64,000 bases of DNA from Gracilinanus agilis (Eukaryota), in contig NC_058134.1 in the NCBI RefSeq assembly GCF_016433145.1, positions 283,036,533 to 283,100,532 of the forward strand. Reading direction: 5' to 3'. Below, piece by piece: positions 28,020 through 41,788 of this stretch (positions are counted from its first letter, which is position 1; every line of letters starts with the position of its first letter). Made by a program: the position numbers and the translations under genes. The notes beneath the pieces were generated by a model. It saw only the letters and a program-made list of their open reading frames with translations. It had not been told where the DNA came from and ran no database searches.

Positions 28020-30219
28020 CTGCTTGTGTTTAGGGGCATGAAACTTGGGGGAAGGAAAGGGGGCCAGGTTTGTGTGTTACCCTATGCTTCTCCTGCCTCT
28101 CCCCACAACCCACTCAGGGTGTGCAAAGGGTAAGGGCAGATTGAGCACCCTAAATTTCCCCCCTTCATTGTATTGCCAGCTGTGTGTGACCCTTGATTTC
28201 CAACTCTGAGTGTGGGGGGGAGGACTGGTGCATTCCAAGGGAGAAACGGCTATTAAGTTATTGGGGGGTAGAGGAGCTCAGGATCTTTATGAGGCTGAGG
28301 CTGAGACTTTGCCAGGGAGAGGAATCCCACTTAGACTAAGTGGAGATGATAAGTGAAGACAGTGAATTCTCAACTCAGAGAGCTGGCTTTTCTAGTGACT
28401 GGGCTGGCTACTTGGGTGGAGGACAGACTCCTCAGGTTTGGGCTTTTTTGTAAAGCAGCATAAACCCCTCTACACAAAATGGCTGGGTTGTGTTTTCATT
28501 CTGGGACAGGTCCTTGGCTAGCTTTCCACTTTGGTCATAATGCCTTAAACATCTGGAACCTTGTTTCCCATCTCCTCTCACCCCTCTCTCTTCTCCCCAC
28601 CTCCCCATCCTATGGCAAATGGTTTCTGTATCCCAATTCAGAAAGTCTAGGCCTTGGTCCAGGAAGGAGATTGGGAGGAGGAAGAGAAGGAGGAGGAAGA
28701 ACTGGTCTAAGGAGCCCTCCTCATCTGAGTGACATCATCCTTCAAATGGCATTGTTCTTTCCCTTTTCACTTTTATAACCCTTCTCTCTACTTCCTTTCC
28801 CTCAGTTCTTTCTTTTTTTCTCTTTTTTTATTTAGAATATTTTTCCATGGTTACATGATTCATGATCCCCCGCCCCCCAGCTTTCTCCTCCCAAAGCGGA
28901 CAAGCAGTTCCACTGGGTTATACGTGTATCATTGTTCAAAGCCTATTTCCATGTTATTCATATTTGCAGTAGAGTGATCCTTTAACATCAAAACCCTAAT
29001 CATATCCCTATCGAAATACGTGTTTGATCATATATTTCCCTCAGTTCTTTCAATAAAACTTTTTTTTTGCCTCCTAAATCCAATACCAACCTCTCATCCC
29101 CTCTACTCAAATGTCTTAATTATGGCTGACGTTTATATATAACATTTAATTAATATTGCCTAAGATTTTGGTTATTGATTTCAACAAATTCTGTTTAGGC
29201 CTGGAGGAGTCATAATCCCCATTTTACAAGTGAAGAAAATGAGTCTCAGGTGAAATGACCCAAACTAGCAAGAGGCTAAGTTAAAACCTTGAAAGCTTCT
29301 ACCTTTAAATTTAGGGTTCTTTCTAATAAATGAAAACTACTATCTAAGAGTCAAGAATTTAAGCCAAACTTAAAAAAAAAAGTCTTCTTCCACCCCACTC
29401 TTTGTTATTTGCAGAATAAACTCAACAGAAATAGGTCCATTAAAAATGTCATTTATCCTTTCTTTTATGAACCTTGTCACAGCCAATATACAATTTTAGA
29501 ACTGAGATTGCAGTCTTCAAACTCATTTTACAGATGAGGAAACTGAGGACCACAGAGGTTGCCCAGGGTCCTGGGGTCAGTCAATAAACATTTATCAAGC
29601 ACCTATTATGTTCTAAGCACTGTGCAAAGAGTTGAAAATATAAGGAAAGGTACTCCCTTTGCCTAGCCCTTCCCTCTATTCTGCCTTGGAACACAAGATG
29701 GAAGGTAAAGGTTAAAAAAAAAAAAAGGCCTTCTAGAAGGTGGGGTTTTAGCTGGGTGCAGAAGGAAGCAAGGGAAGTCAGGAAGCCCTGATGAGGGACA
29801 GCTAGTGAATATAGCCTGAGTCCGGAGATGGAGTTTCTTAACATCAAGAAGAGGAGTGCCACCAGATGGAAGATTTGTAGTATGTGATGGGAGACAGTAA
29901 CCCAGACAACCGCAGAGGGAGTTCTAAGAGGTCTAAAGGTGAAGTGACTTGGGGAGGGTCACATACGCTATATAACTGCCCAAGGCAGAATTCGCAGTCT
30001 GGTCTTCCCAACCACAAGTCGAGGACTTTATCCACCAGCGTCCTGGGGACATTCGTACAGCTTCCCATTTTATACAACTTAAGGAAACTTGGCTCCCAAG
30101 GGTTCATCGGGATCTGAATCCAGACCCACGGCCTTCATTTTAAGCCAAAGACTCCACTGTAAGACCTGCTCCCCACCCCAAACAGACAAAAATATCAGGG
30201 AAACTTCCTGGGAAACTTT

Positions 30220-30700
30220 CCTCTGGCGGGAGTCCCCAGAAAGCGTTCAGTTTCAGCCGGTACACGGAAGAAGTAAGTGGACTAGGGCTAGGACAACAAA
30301 GCGAGGGTCGTACCCCCCTTCGGACCCAATGGACTAGCCTGGCTCCGCCCACTCCCCCCCCGCTCCCGAGAAAGGATGGTCCCGCCTAGGTTAGTGGCGG
30401 GAAAGCTAGCAGGCTGAGCCGGCTCCTCCGCGGCCGCCGCTGCTGCTGCTGGAGGACCTAGTGCCTTGGAGGGGGTGAGTGCATGCCTCGGAGGTGGTGA
30501 GCACTCAACTGAGGTGGGCTCCTCGATTCCCTTCGTGTTTCTGGGGATGCAGCGGGGACTCTTACCCCAACTACCACATTCCTACTATCTCTACGGGAGG
30601 GGGCTGAGGGCGGGAGTTCGCGCATGCGAAGTGATGCGCAGTCGCTCCTGACTGTAAAGGAGGGAGGGGTAGATTCGCGCGTGCGCGGTAGCCTGTGGCT
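30220..30700 (+). promoter_or_regulatory. CpG-island promoter and probable non-coding exon 1 of TIMELESS
   Basis: Local CpG enrichment; E2F-like TGGCGGGAAA at 30395-30404, plus TGGCGGGAG at 30224 and GGCGGGAG at 30609; NRF1-like GCGCATGCG at 30620-30628 and GCGCGTGCGC at 30677-30686; a GG|GTGAGT donor at 30474/30475. It is the only CpG island between MIP and the first coding exon of TIMELESS. Confidence 0.7.
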
Positions 30701-33700
30701 GCTGTAGTTTATTTCCTGTTATTTCTGTGTTGATCCTCTAGGGAGGAATCCGAGAGGAGAAATACATTTGGGAGGAGGGAGGCAAGCGAGTCCTTCGTGG
30801 GCTATCGTGGGAGAGGGTTTGGAGAAGCAAAAATGAGATTAGGGAGCTTGAGACTCTTTCTAAGGCCCCAAAGACTTTTTTTTTTTAAAATCCTTACCTT
30901 CCGTCTTAGAACCAATACTAAGTATCAGCTCCAAGGCAGAAGAACAGTAAGGGCTGGGCAATGGGAGTTAAGCGACTTGTCCAGGGCACGCAGCTAGAAG
31001 TGTCTGAGGTCATATTTGAGCCCAGGACCTCCCGTCTCCAGACCTGGTTCACCATCCACTGAGCCACCTCGCTGTCCCCTCTAGATCTTGTTTGTATGGA
31101 GTTCTGGCAGTACTGTCTTCCCTTGTGGCCCGGTGAGCTCCTCGGGGGCAGGGGCTGCCTTCTGCCCTTCTTTGCATCCCTTCCCACTCTTCTGCCTGGG
31201 ACCCAGTCCCAAAGATTAACTCAAAGACAGGTCAGGGTTTCGAAACAAAGCAAAATACAAAAACGAGACCTAGCCAGGGTAAACTGGAGATAATCAACAG
31301 AATTGGAAGGCTCTGCAGTAGAGCATTAAAGGGACAAAGTGGGGTTTCAGAAAGGCTTCTCCTTGAAGGTGGAACTTTAACTTAATAAATGTTTGTTGAC
31401 TCGACTGGCCCCACTCCATCCAGATTCAGACTGAGGATTCCTCCCTGTGGAAGGCGCACGGAAGGACCCGCCCCATCATTTTACAGGGGTGGGTCCTGAG
31501 GCCCAGAAAGGTTAAAAGAATCCCCTGAGGTCACACAGTTAGGAAGTAGCAGCCTGACCTAGAAAGGAGGCCCTCTTACTCCAAATCCCAGACATTTCCT
31601 CCGCGGAGAAGGAGGAATGTGGTTTGGAGCCCTGAACTACCCTAGGATCCAGGATCATGTGGCTGCTGGAAAGAGCTCTGGATGGGGAGTCAGGATTTGG
31701 GGGTTTGAATTCTGTCTCAGACCCTTCCTAGCCGGCTTGACCTTTGGCAAATAATTTTCAACTCTGTGTCTCAGTTTCCTCATTTATAAAGTGAGGATAA
31801 TAGAATTAACTCAAGAGTTGTTGTGAGGAACAAATGGGGGATATATATACACACACACATTTTAATATGCATTATATATTGATGTATTATATATATAACC
31901 ACATGTATATTGTATTTGTCATGCTTTATATGTTATATATTACATATGTTTGTGTATCTATAATATTGTGTTTGTTAGGTATAATTTATATATTATATGT
32001 CCCTCATTTGGTTATATCTGTATATTTATCTGTGTATATATAAAGAGGCAGCTAGGTATAATGGATGGATAGAGTGTTGACCTGCAATCAGGAAAACCTG
32101 AGTTGTTCAGCCTCAAATATTCATTAGGTCTCATTGATATCAGACCCTAGGGTAGGCATTTAGCATCAGTTAGCTTCATTATCTTCATCTATAAAATGGG
32201 TTTGATAACAGTACCTACTGGGCAGCAGCTGGGTAGTCCAGTGGATAGAGAACCAGGCCTAGAGGTTCAAAGGTAGCATCAGATATTTCTTAGCTGTGTG
32301 ACCCAGGGCAAGTAAGTCACTTAACCCCCATTGCCTAGCCCTTACCACTCTTCTGCCTTGGAACCAATACATAGTATTATCCTAAGATGGAAGGTAAAGG
32401 TTTAAAAAATAAATAAAATAACAGACTAAAATGAACTGGATCTTTAGAGTAATTAGGGCTAAGGTAGTGAGAATTTTCCCCTTATCAGAAAATCTTCCCT
32501 CCTCTAAGAATTGACCATTATTTTGGGTCTCCTCCTTCTGGTCACAGTCTTCCTCCCTGTTTCAATCCTCATCCCTCTTCTAAATTCTCTCCTGTCTTCC
32601 CCAGAGCATTACTGTTTACAAGTGTATAAGTACAACCAACCCAGCTGTGACTGTGACATTGTTCTGCTTAAAAGTTTTCAGTGGACCAGGAAAAAGATGC
32701 TGACTTTTTAAGAGTCAGAGAATTGGATTTTCCTTCCAGCTCTGCCATTTACTCCCCATGGGACCAAGAGCTGATAACCTAATTTCTCTGCGCCTCCATT
32801 TCCTCACCCGCATAAAAGGTCGGGGTTAGACTAAATGACTTCTAGCATCTCTTCCAGCTCTAAATCAGTGGTTTTTTTTTTTTTTTTGAGGAACTGCCAT
32901 CATCTTGCTGAAACTTACTTTCTATAGTCTCCCATTTCTCTACATTTACTTTCTGCCCCAAGAGACTTTTTTCCCCCAAGAATTTTTAAATTAAAAATCC
33001 TTGACAGCTGCCCATATCTGCCCTTGCAGAAAACCTGCCTCCTGTGCAAAAGCCTCCTTGATCATTTCAACTGGAAGTAACCTATACAAACTATGGTCAA
33101 AACCATTCATTTTTGCCTTTATCATTATCTTAGTTACTTTTCTTGTTTATTTATCTCTTATCCTCCCAACTAGGCAAGAATAAATTTCTTCATTATCTAT
33201 TAGCAACGGAGTTCCCTTATAATTTCGGAAAACATTTGTTGAAAATTACATGTAATTGGGAAAATAAAATATCTTTAAATTAAAAAGCAAAACAAAACAG
33301 TGGAGCCCATATCGTTCTGGAAATGAGTTCTATTAAACCACCACCAGCTAAGATTCATGGAAAAAGATGTTTATTTGTTTTTTTTCTCGTTGCTATACAG
33401 CTGGTTTTTCTTACTTCTGTCTTGAAGAATTGGGAGGAGAGGGTGCAGAGGGAAGTAATGCTTAAGATGACTCTAAAAGCAGTGCTTTGAGAGTTTATAT
33501 TTGATCCTAGAGGTAAGAGGTGACCCCTGGAGTTTATTGAGTTGGGGGACGAGGTTCGAAGGTGAAGCTCCAGGTGTGGAAAACAATGAGAAAGAAACAG
33601 ACCAGAAGAGACACGCATGTCCTTCCTCCCAGCCTCTAAACCCCAAAGGGACCCTCTGATGTTCATAAAGACACAGGAGGGGGATTGTTTCCAAACCTTT

Positions 33701-34249
33701 CCTTTACACTGGATGATAAAAGAGGCTTTCAAGATGAAAGGGCCAGAGGCTTAGATCTCTGGCTTTTAAAGAGAGGGATGAGGAATGATGAGGCTTCATC
33801 TATACCTGAACTAGTAGAATTACGGGAAGAGAGTAATTGTTGCCTGCTTGTCTGATTATACCTTGCCCCCTCCCCAATTCTCCTGCTAGATCAGCACCTT
33901 TCTGCAAAGAGGGATCTGTAGAAAACTATGTCTTTGTCCCAGAAAGTGGGACAGTGCAGACTTATAGCAATGGGTAATTTTAATAATGTTTATTCAGTAG
34001 GAGGCAGCTGGTGGCACAGTGGATAAAATGCTGACCTGGAGATCAAAGCTGGCCACACACACTTATCCTTGGGAAAGTAGGGTAACTTCTGTCTGACTCA
34101 ATTTCCTTAACTGTAAAATGAGGACTGAATGAGAGTACCTACCTCACAGGACTATGGTGAGGCTTAAATGAGATAATATATATTTTCTAAAATTTAATTT
34201 AATTACCTCCCCCCAATTACATGTAAAAACAAGTTTCCAACATTTTTCA

Positions 34250-37104
34250 AAGAATATTGAACCAAAAAAAAAAATGGGGCTGGACCTGTTAGTACAAAAA
34301 TAATTATAGTGGTGCTTTTTGTGGTGTCAAAAAATTGGAAAATGAGAGGGTGTCCCTAGAATGGGGAACGACTGAACAAATTGTGTATCTGATGGTGATG
34401 GAATACTATTGTGCTGTAAGGATTGATAAATTGATTGGTTTCTAAAAGAACTGGAAAGACTCCATGAACTGATGCTGAGTGAAATAAACAGAACCAGGAG
34501 AACGTTATACATAGAGACTAACATTGTGGGACGATCAAATGTAATAGACTTTGCAACCAATAGCAATGCAATGATTCAAGACAATCTTGAGGCTTATGAA
34601 AAGGAAAGCTATCCACACCCAGAGAAAGAACTGTGGGAGTAGAAATGCAGAAGAAAACATAGGATTTATCACTTGTTTAAATGGGTATAGGATTTGGGGT
34701 TTCAGTTTTAAAAGATTATTACAAAAATAAACAAAATGGAATGATAATACATACATATAAAACCCAATGGAATTGCTTATCAACTGTGGAAGAGGGGAGA
34801 CAACATAAATCATGTAACCTTGGAAAACTTATGTATAGATTTGTTATTGGAATAAAATAAAAGAAAAAACTTTTAAAAGAATATTGAATCTCAAATTCTC
34901 TCCTCAAGCAATCTCATAGATTTTACATATGTGGTCATGTAAACCATTTTCCCATATTAATCCTTTTGTGGAAGGAAATTCAAACAAAAAAAAATTAAGA
35001 AAGTGAAAAAACGTTTGCTTTGTTCTAGAGACTCAGTTCTTTTTCTCTGGAAGCAGATAGCATTTTTCATCATGAATTCTTTGGGATAGTTTTGGATCAT
35101 TGTATTGCTGAGAATTGCTAAGGTATTCACAATTGTTCATCGTACAGTATTCCTTTCACTGTATGATGTTCTCCTGGTTCTGCTCATTTCATTCTGCTTC
35201 AATTTTTGTATAAGTCTTTCCAGGGTTTTCTGCTCATCGTTTCTTACAGCACAGATTTTCATTTCAATCATATACTGTAACTTAGCCATTCCCCAAATGG
35301 TGGCTATCCCCTGACTTTCCAAATCTTTGCCCTGCTAGAAAGAGCTACTTTAAAAATTTTTATACCAATAGGTCGGTCTCTCTCTCTCTCTCTCTCTCTC
35401 TGGGATACAAACCTAGTAATGGGACTGCTGGGACAAAGAGCACATACTATTTTATAGCCCTTTGAGCGTAGGTCCAAATTACTCTCCTAAATGATTGAAT
35501 CAGTTCCCAACTGCTCCAACAATGCATTCCTCTCCCAGCTTTCCTACATCCCCTCCAAGTTTTGTCATTTTCCTTTTCTGTCATAATAGCACATCTGAGA
35601 GGTATGAGGTAGTACTTCAGAGTTGTTTTAACTTGCATTTCTCTAAATTGAGAGACTTGTAAGAAATTTTTGCACTATTTATGATGATCATGTATTACTC
35701 TTCCATTCTATTTCCCCGTTTAGTGTCTGACCTCCACTTCCCCCAATTTGCCCTCTTTTCAATCAATCCCACCTCCCTTTTCAATCCCCTCCACTCTTCT
35801 TATTTTCCTGTAGGGTAAAAAAGATTTTTTTCTTTTTATTCAAAGATATTTTATTTTCCCAATTACATGTAATAATAATTTTCAAAATATGTTTTCCAAA
35901 ATTATAAGATCCAAACCATCTCCCACCCTTCTTTCCCTCCTCCCACTCAGAGATGGTGAGCAATTTGATCTGGGTCCTACATGTATTATCACACAAAACA
36001 CACCTCCATATTGGTCATTGTTGTTGGACACACTCATACAAAATCAAAATCCCAAAATAGAACCGTAAATACACCGATGTGAAAGACGACTCCAACAGTT
36101 CTTCCTCTGGGGGTGGCTAGCATTCTCCTTCCTTCAGAATTGTCCCAGATCATTGCATTGCTGAAAGGAGCCAAATTTTCACAGCTGATCATTGGACAAT
36201 ATTGCTGTTACTATGTATGATGGGCAAGAGAGATTGTATATGTTCTTTCCTCATTGAGCCAATCCCAATGAGAATAAGGTTTAGTTCTCACTTTCCCCAT
36301 CTTCCCCTCTACTGTAAAGGATCTTTCATGCCTCTTTTATGTGCAATAGTTTATCCCATTCTATTTTTCCTTTCCTCTTCCCAACGTATTCCTCTTTCTT
36401 ATGCCTTAATTTAATTAATTTTTATTTTATTTTTAAGTGTTTTTCCAAGGTTACATGATTCATGTTCTCTCCCTCCCCTCTTCCCTTTCCCCTCCTGGAG
36501 CTGACATGCATTAATTTAATTTTTTATTCAACTCACACCTTGCCCTAATAATGACAAAGTTCTTTGGCATTATGAGAATCATTTTCCCATAGAGGGATGT
36601 ATACAATTTAAACTTATTGAATGTCTTTTGCTTTCTCTCTCTTGTTTACCTTTTTGTGCTTCTCTTGAATTTTGTATTTGAGAGTCACAGCTCTGGCCTT
36701 TTCATCAGGGTGTTTGAAAGTCCTCTATTTTTTTGAATGCCCATTTTTTTCCCTGAAGGACTATGCTCAGTTTTGCTGGATAAATGATTCTTGGTTGAAG
36801 TCCTAGCTCCTTTGTCTTCTGGAATATCATGTTCCAAACCCTCTGATCCTTTAATGTAGAAAATGCTAAGTTTTGTCTTATCCTGACTGTGACTCCATTA
36901 TATTTCTGGCTGCTTGCAATATTTTCTCCTTGGCCTGGGAGTTTGGGAATTTGGGAGGTATCCTTTGGGCATCTCTTTCAGGAGGAGATGAGTATATTCT
37001 TTCATTTCTTTTTTGTCCTCTGGTTCTAGAATATCAATCCTGTTTTCCTTGGTGATTTCTTGAAAGATGATGTCGGAGCTCTTTTTTTGATTATGGCTTT
37101 CAAG
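34250..37104. mobile_element. LINE-1 fragment cluster in TIMELESS intron 1 (sense ~34.25-34.88 kb, antisense ~34.93-37.10 kb)
   Basis: L1 ORF2 C-terminal and 3'UTR motifs in both orientations. The ORF 35447-35638(-), MQVKTTLKYYLIPLR...HCW, is L1 ORF2-like, and 36.6-37.1 kb is antisense ORF1-like. Confidence 0.75.
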
Positions 37105-37106
37105 TA

Positions 37107-39378
37107 CAGTGATCTTTCACTTGTCATGGGAGTTACTTTCCAGAGACCTCCACAATAGGTGAAAATCTGCGAAGTAGTGGCTGATATTGTAAAAAATAAA
37201 ATTAATATATAATAACTTTAAAAATATTATGGTTTTTATAAGATTTATTGGTAATCTCTAGAAAATAAAGCGATATGCCAGGCTAGCTTAGGTTGTTCAG
37301 GCAGCCCGCTGTTCCTGCTGCCACCATGCTGCCATGGCAAGGAAAGAGAAAGAGGAACACTAACCCCTCAATTTTATCTCCCTATCTACATCAGTGCATA
37401 ATGACAGGAAGCCAGTGGGCTCATGGGGAATGTAGTTCAAAGACCCCAAAATTTCCAATAACACATTCATTCCTCCCTGAGAGCCAAGGAAGATTGGTTT
37501 CTCCAAAGGATCTTGTAAACATAACCAACTTTTAAATTACAGTAATTTGGGGATAAAAAGAAAAGAGGACAAAACCAATGATCTAATGATTGCTAGGTGC
37601 ATTAACAAAAAAGCCAATTAGGGGAGAGTCCCCTTTGGCATAAGAGTGTACATTCAAAACAAGTGTATCCAACCATCCACAGTTCAATCAACTGCACCCC
37701 AACGTTCATTCTGGATCTTCTTGATGTAGTGTAGGGTCTCTGCAGGCATTTTCATGGTGCCTTCTCTAAACAGTTCACATTCTGGATTTGGGGAGGTAGC
37801 AAGTTTCTTATCCTGAAATTACTCTCAAAAGAATTTAAACTTTACATTATAGGATAATAATACATATCCCCCTGAGGAGAATAATAACACATTCCCCCTT
37901 GAGGAGGATAGTGACAAACACCCAGATCAGCTAAGGATACATGGTTAAGTTATGGGAGTGTATGAATCAATTGGCAAAAGAAATTCAAAAACATCCAAAA
38001 ATCCAAATAAAAGAGAAAAAAATAACTTGTGGATAAAATATAAAATGTCAAAGTCTTATGTGCAAAATTGTGGAAAAATAAACTTATAACAGGTCCTTGA
38101 ATCAAGGCCCAGTTGACGTGTTTTATGTAATTTTGCAATTACCCATTCAGTAGCCAGGACTGCAGAAAGTTTGCCACATTATAAGAGAGAAAAAAAGGAC
38201 TAGATTTTTGTGAGAAAGGGAAATGCCATTCCCTGATCTGATTTCACCTTTACTCTCAGGGATAGGGGGAGCCAGGATGATAGCCAACCTTTGGTACTTG
38301 ACTAGGATGTGGCTCAGGGAAGGCTGGCCTCTAACATATGTCTGAACAGCCACAGCTGTGAACCCCAAACAAGAATATATTTGAGATAAAACTGAATGGG
38401 TAAAGTGACTTCCCCTGTCTGAATCAATACGTGCAGGCAGGCCAAAACAGGAATGATTTCTTTCAAAAGCACCTTGGCAACAAAAGCTACTATGGCTCAG
38501 GCAGTGGGAAATACTTCCAGCCATCTGGTCAGTTGATCCATTATGACTAGACAAAATTTGTAATGTCCAGCGAATGTGTTATTGAAAATTTTGGGGTCTT
38601 TGAACTACATTTCCCATGAGCCCACTGGCTTCCTGTCATCATGCACTGACATAGGGGGATAAAATTGAGGGGCTGGCATTCCTCTTTCTCTTTCCTCCCT
38701 TTGGCAATATGGTGGTGTCAGGGAATAGTGGGCTGCTTGAATAGCTTAAGTTAGCATGGCACATGGCTTTATTTTCTAGAGATTACTAATAAATCTTATA
38801 AAACCCATAATATTTTTAAAGTTATCATATATTAATTTTATATTTTATAATATATTTATTTTATTGTTCTATGATGGAAGCATTTTTCTCTGGCTCTTGG
38901 GTTCACTGCCAGAAGCCTTAGAAGGCACAGAATGTTTGGGTGGCACAGGGCTTGAAATAAATTCAAACTTTTACAAAAACTTCACAAAAACACAACACTG
39001 CAGAGGAACACTATGCGCAGCAATCAGATGTCTGTCAATGTGAAGTGGACAAGGAGAGATGCTGAATGTATGGGCACAGTGTAGGAGAGCAAACAGACCA
39101 ATGCTACAGTCACTTAGCTGATCATTGCCCAAGATACAGAACACAGTGCTGTGGTTGGTCTCCTTTCATTCCATCAGGCAGCAGTGTGCCGTGTACAATC
39201 TCATGGCAATCTCACGTGTGCCAGTAGTAGTGGCAGTGCTATATTTCCATTGTGTACAGTATTCACCCTCAAAATCCCACAATCTAGTGAAAACTCCACA
39301 ATAGAGAATTAGATTTTTTTAAACTCATGATACAGTGGAGCCGTGACAACTGAATTGCAATATAGTGAGGGATGACTA
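37107..39378. mobile_element. Tc1/mariner (Tigger/pogo-like) DNA transposon with nested LTR sequence
   Basis: Termini CAGTGATCTTTC / GAGGGATGACTA (imperfect TIR of the CAGTCATCCCTC type) with TA on both flanks (37105-37106 and 39379-39380). Removing it rejoins the L1 ORF1 motif DNLRIIRLLESHNQKK. Confidence 0.7.
37188..38850. mobile_element. LTR retroelement remnant: antisense LTR, degenerate integrase fragment, then a sense LTR-related copy
   Basis: The ORF 38147-38554(-) contains FGLPARIDSDRGSHFT...LG, an integrase-core SDxGxxF motif. A PPT-like antisense AAGGGGGAA|TGT lies near 37890. 37188-37468 and 38572-38850 are inverted homologues. Confidence 0.65.
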
Positions 39379-39380
39379 TA

Positions 39381-40430
39381 ATCTAATAATTCTTAAATTA
39401 TCTCCTAGATTTATTTTCCAGGTCAGTTGTTTTTCTCATGGGATGTTTCACATTTAATTCCATTTTTTCATTCTTTTCACTTTGATTGTTTTTTGATGTC
39501 TTATGGAGACAAGCTTCCACTTGCCCAATTCTAATTTTTAAGGCATGATTTTCATGAGTGTGCTTTTGTACCTCCTTTTCCATTTGGCCAATTCTACTTT
39601 GTAAAGAGTTCTTTTCCTCAGTGAATTTTGTATCTCTTTTTCCAAAGAGCCAATTCTATTTTTCAATAAGTTTTTCTCTTTGATACATTTTTATAGACCT
39701 TTTTTCATTTGGCCAACTCTGCTTTTTAAGAAATTCTTCTTTGGATTTTTGTGCCTCTTTTCCCAATTGACTTATTCAGTTTTTTAAGTCAATAATTTCT
39801 TTCTTTTTTTCAAAAACCCTTACTTTCCATCTTAGAATCAATACTGTGTATTGGTTCCAAGGAAGAAGAGTGGTAAGGGCTAGGCAATGGGAGTTAAATG
39901 ACTTGCCCAGGGTCATATAGCTAGGAAGTGTCTGAGGCCAGGTTTGAGCCCATGACCTGTCTTTAGGTCTGGCTCTCAATCCACTGAGCCACCCAGCTGC
40001 CCCCTACATTGTTAATTTCTTTAGTATTTTTTTTATGCCTCCTGTCCCAAGCTGCTAATTCTTTTTTTTCACAATTTTCCTATATCACTCTCCTTTTCTC
40101 AGTTTTTTTCTACCTCTCTAATTTGATTTTTAAAATCCTTTTTGAGCAATTCCATTCATTCTTTTTGGGCCTGAGAGCAATGACTTTTTCTTAGTGGCTT
40201 TGGATGTGGCAGTATTGACTTGGTTGTCTTCTGAGTTTGAGGCAACCCTGTCACCAAAATAGCCTTCTATTTTGAATTTCTTTGTTTTTTGCTCATTTTC
40301 CAGCCTTTTTCATTTCTTTTGGTTTAAAAAACTGTTATTGGGCTGTGTACCTGTCGTGAAAGGAGCCATGTGCCAAGCTTCAGGCTCTTTGTGCAGCTGC
40401 CTTCAGAGCTTGCTCAGGGGATCTGCCTGT
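39381..40430 (-). mobile_element. LINE-1 ORF1/5' region (antisense), interrupted by a SINE
   Basis: The ORF 39398-39583(-), ...LKIRIGQVEA...KTTDLENKSRR, is L1 ORF1 coiled-coil/RRM-like. Confidence 0.75.
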
Positions 40431-41788
40431 CCACCCTCTGATGGTTCTTATTTTTAAGAAGCACCTGGCACCTAGTTGGTGCTCCAGAAGTGTCTGTTCT
40501 CTTGTCTCTTTCTCTTCCCTTTCTCTAGATCTGTGAGCCGTTCAGTGAATCAATGTAAGTTTGTGGCTAGAGAGTCAGGCCTGGAGATGAGATCCCAGTC
40601 CTGGGTTCAAATGTGACCTTAGACACTTCCCACAGTGGGACAAGAGCACCCAGAGAGACCCCCCAGAATCTTCTTATGAGCCACCATCCAACCTCCCACC
40701 AGGGTGTACTAGATCCCTCCAGCCTGCGTTCTACCTTATTTTGGGCTGAAAAATTATTTCACCGTGGATTTTTGTTGGTGGGGGAGGGGTCTGTGATGCT
40801 CTATAGCATCACTTTGATGAGGTATAAGGGGTATAAAGGGGTTTTGGTTAGGTAGATATTAAAAGGTTTGGTCGCCAGGGAATTGAAGAATTATCAATCC
40901 CCAATTAAAGAATAACCTCAAGTCAAAATGACCTTTATGGAAGTTTATTTACAAATGAGAAGAAGAGAAAATCAGGAGGACAAGATAGAATAAGTAACCT
41001 AACACACCAGGTAATTTGCTCTGGTCCCCTAGTTTAACCTAGGCAGATCTAATTAGTCCTCAGTGGAGCAAGGCCCAAGGCCGGAGAGCCTGAGGGCTGG
41101 AGGTGAATGAAGCAAAGGCTTCAGTCACAGAGTCTCTTTTGAAAAGGAAGTTCCTTAAGAGAAGTTCAGAAAGCTTTAGTCTTTACACTTACCACATGAA
41201 ATTCCAAAGGAAAGATTTAAGAACAATCTCACCAAGGTCTCAGGGTCTCAGGTCCAGCACTCCTCCAAATCCAAGTCACAAATAAGAAAAAGTCCTTCAC
41301 GTCCAAGACATGAACAAGAAGAGTGGAGCTGAACTCACTGAACTCTCTTTTAAAGGAGCTTCTTTTGTGTCACTTCCTGTGCCTTTCTCCTAGTTTACAT
41401 GTCCAATCACAACAGAGGAGTGCCCAGGAGGCAGTCAGTAAATTCTGATTCCTCACTTACTCTAGTACATGTGGGTTACAGACCTCCCAATTTGTGAGTT
41501 AAGTGGAGTTGTTTACACTCTTGGTGATTAGATTTGAGAATGGGCAAGGTAGATTTAATCTCATTATCACAGAGGCCGATACCTTTCCACCCTCTGATGG
41601 TTCTTATTTTTAAGAAGCGCCTGGCACCTAGTTGGTGCTCCAGAAGTGTCTGTTCTCTTCTTTCTTTCTCTTCCCTTTCTTTAGATCTGTGAGCCATTCA
41701 GTGAATCAATGTAAGTTTGTGGATAGAGAGTCAGGCCTGGAGATGAGATCCCAGTCCCGGGTTCAAATGTGACCTCAGACATTTCCCA
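40430..41788 (+). repeat. 203-bp direct repeat pair (40430-40632 and 41586-41788) flanking a solo LTR
   Basis: Manual alignment gives 9 mismatches in 203 bp with no indels. The LTR-like element at 40792-41571 is antisense (TGTGATAATG...AGCATCACA, with AATAAA on the minus strand). Confidence 0.9.
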
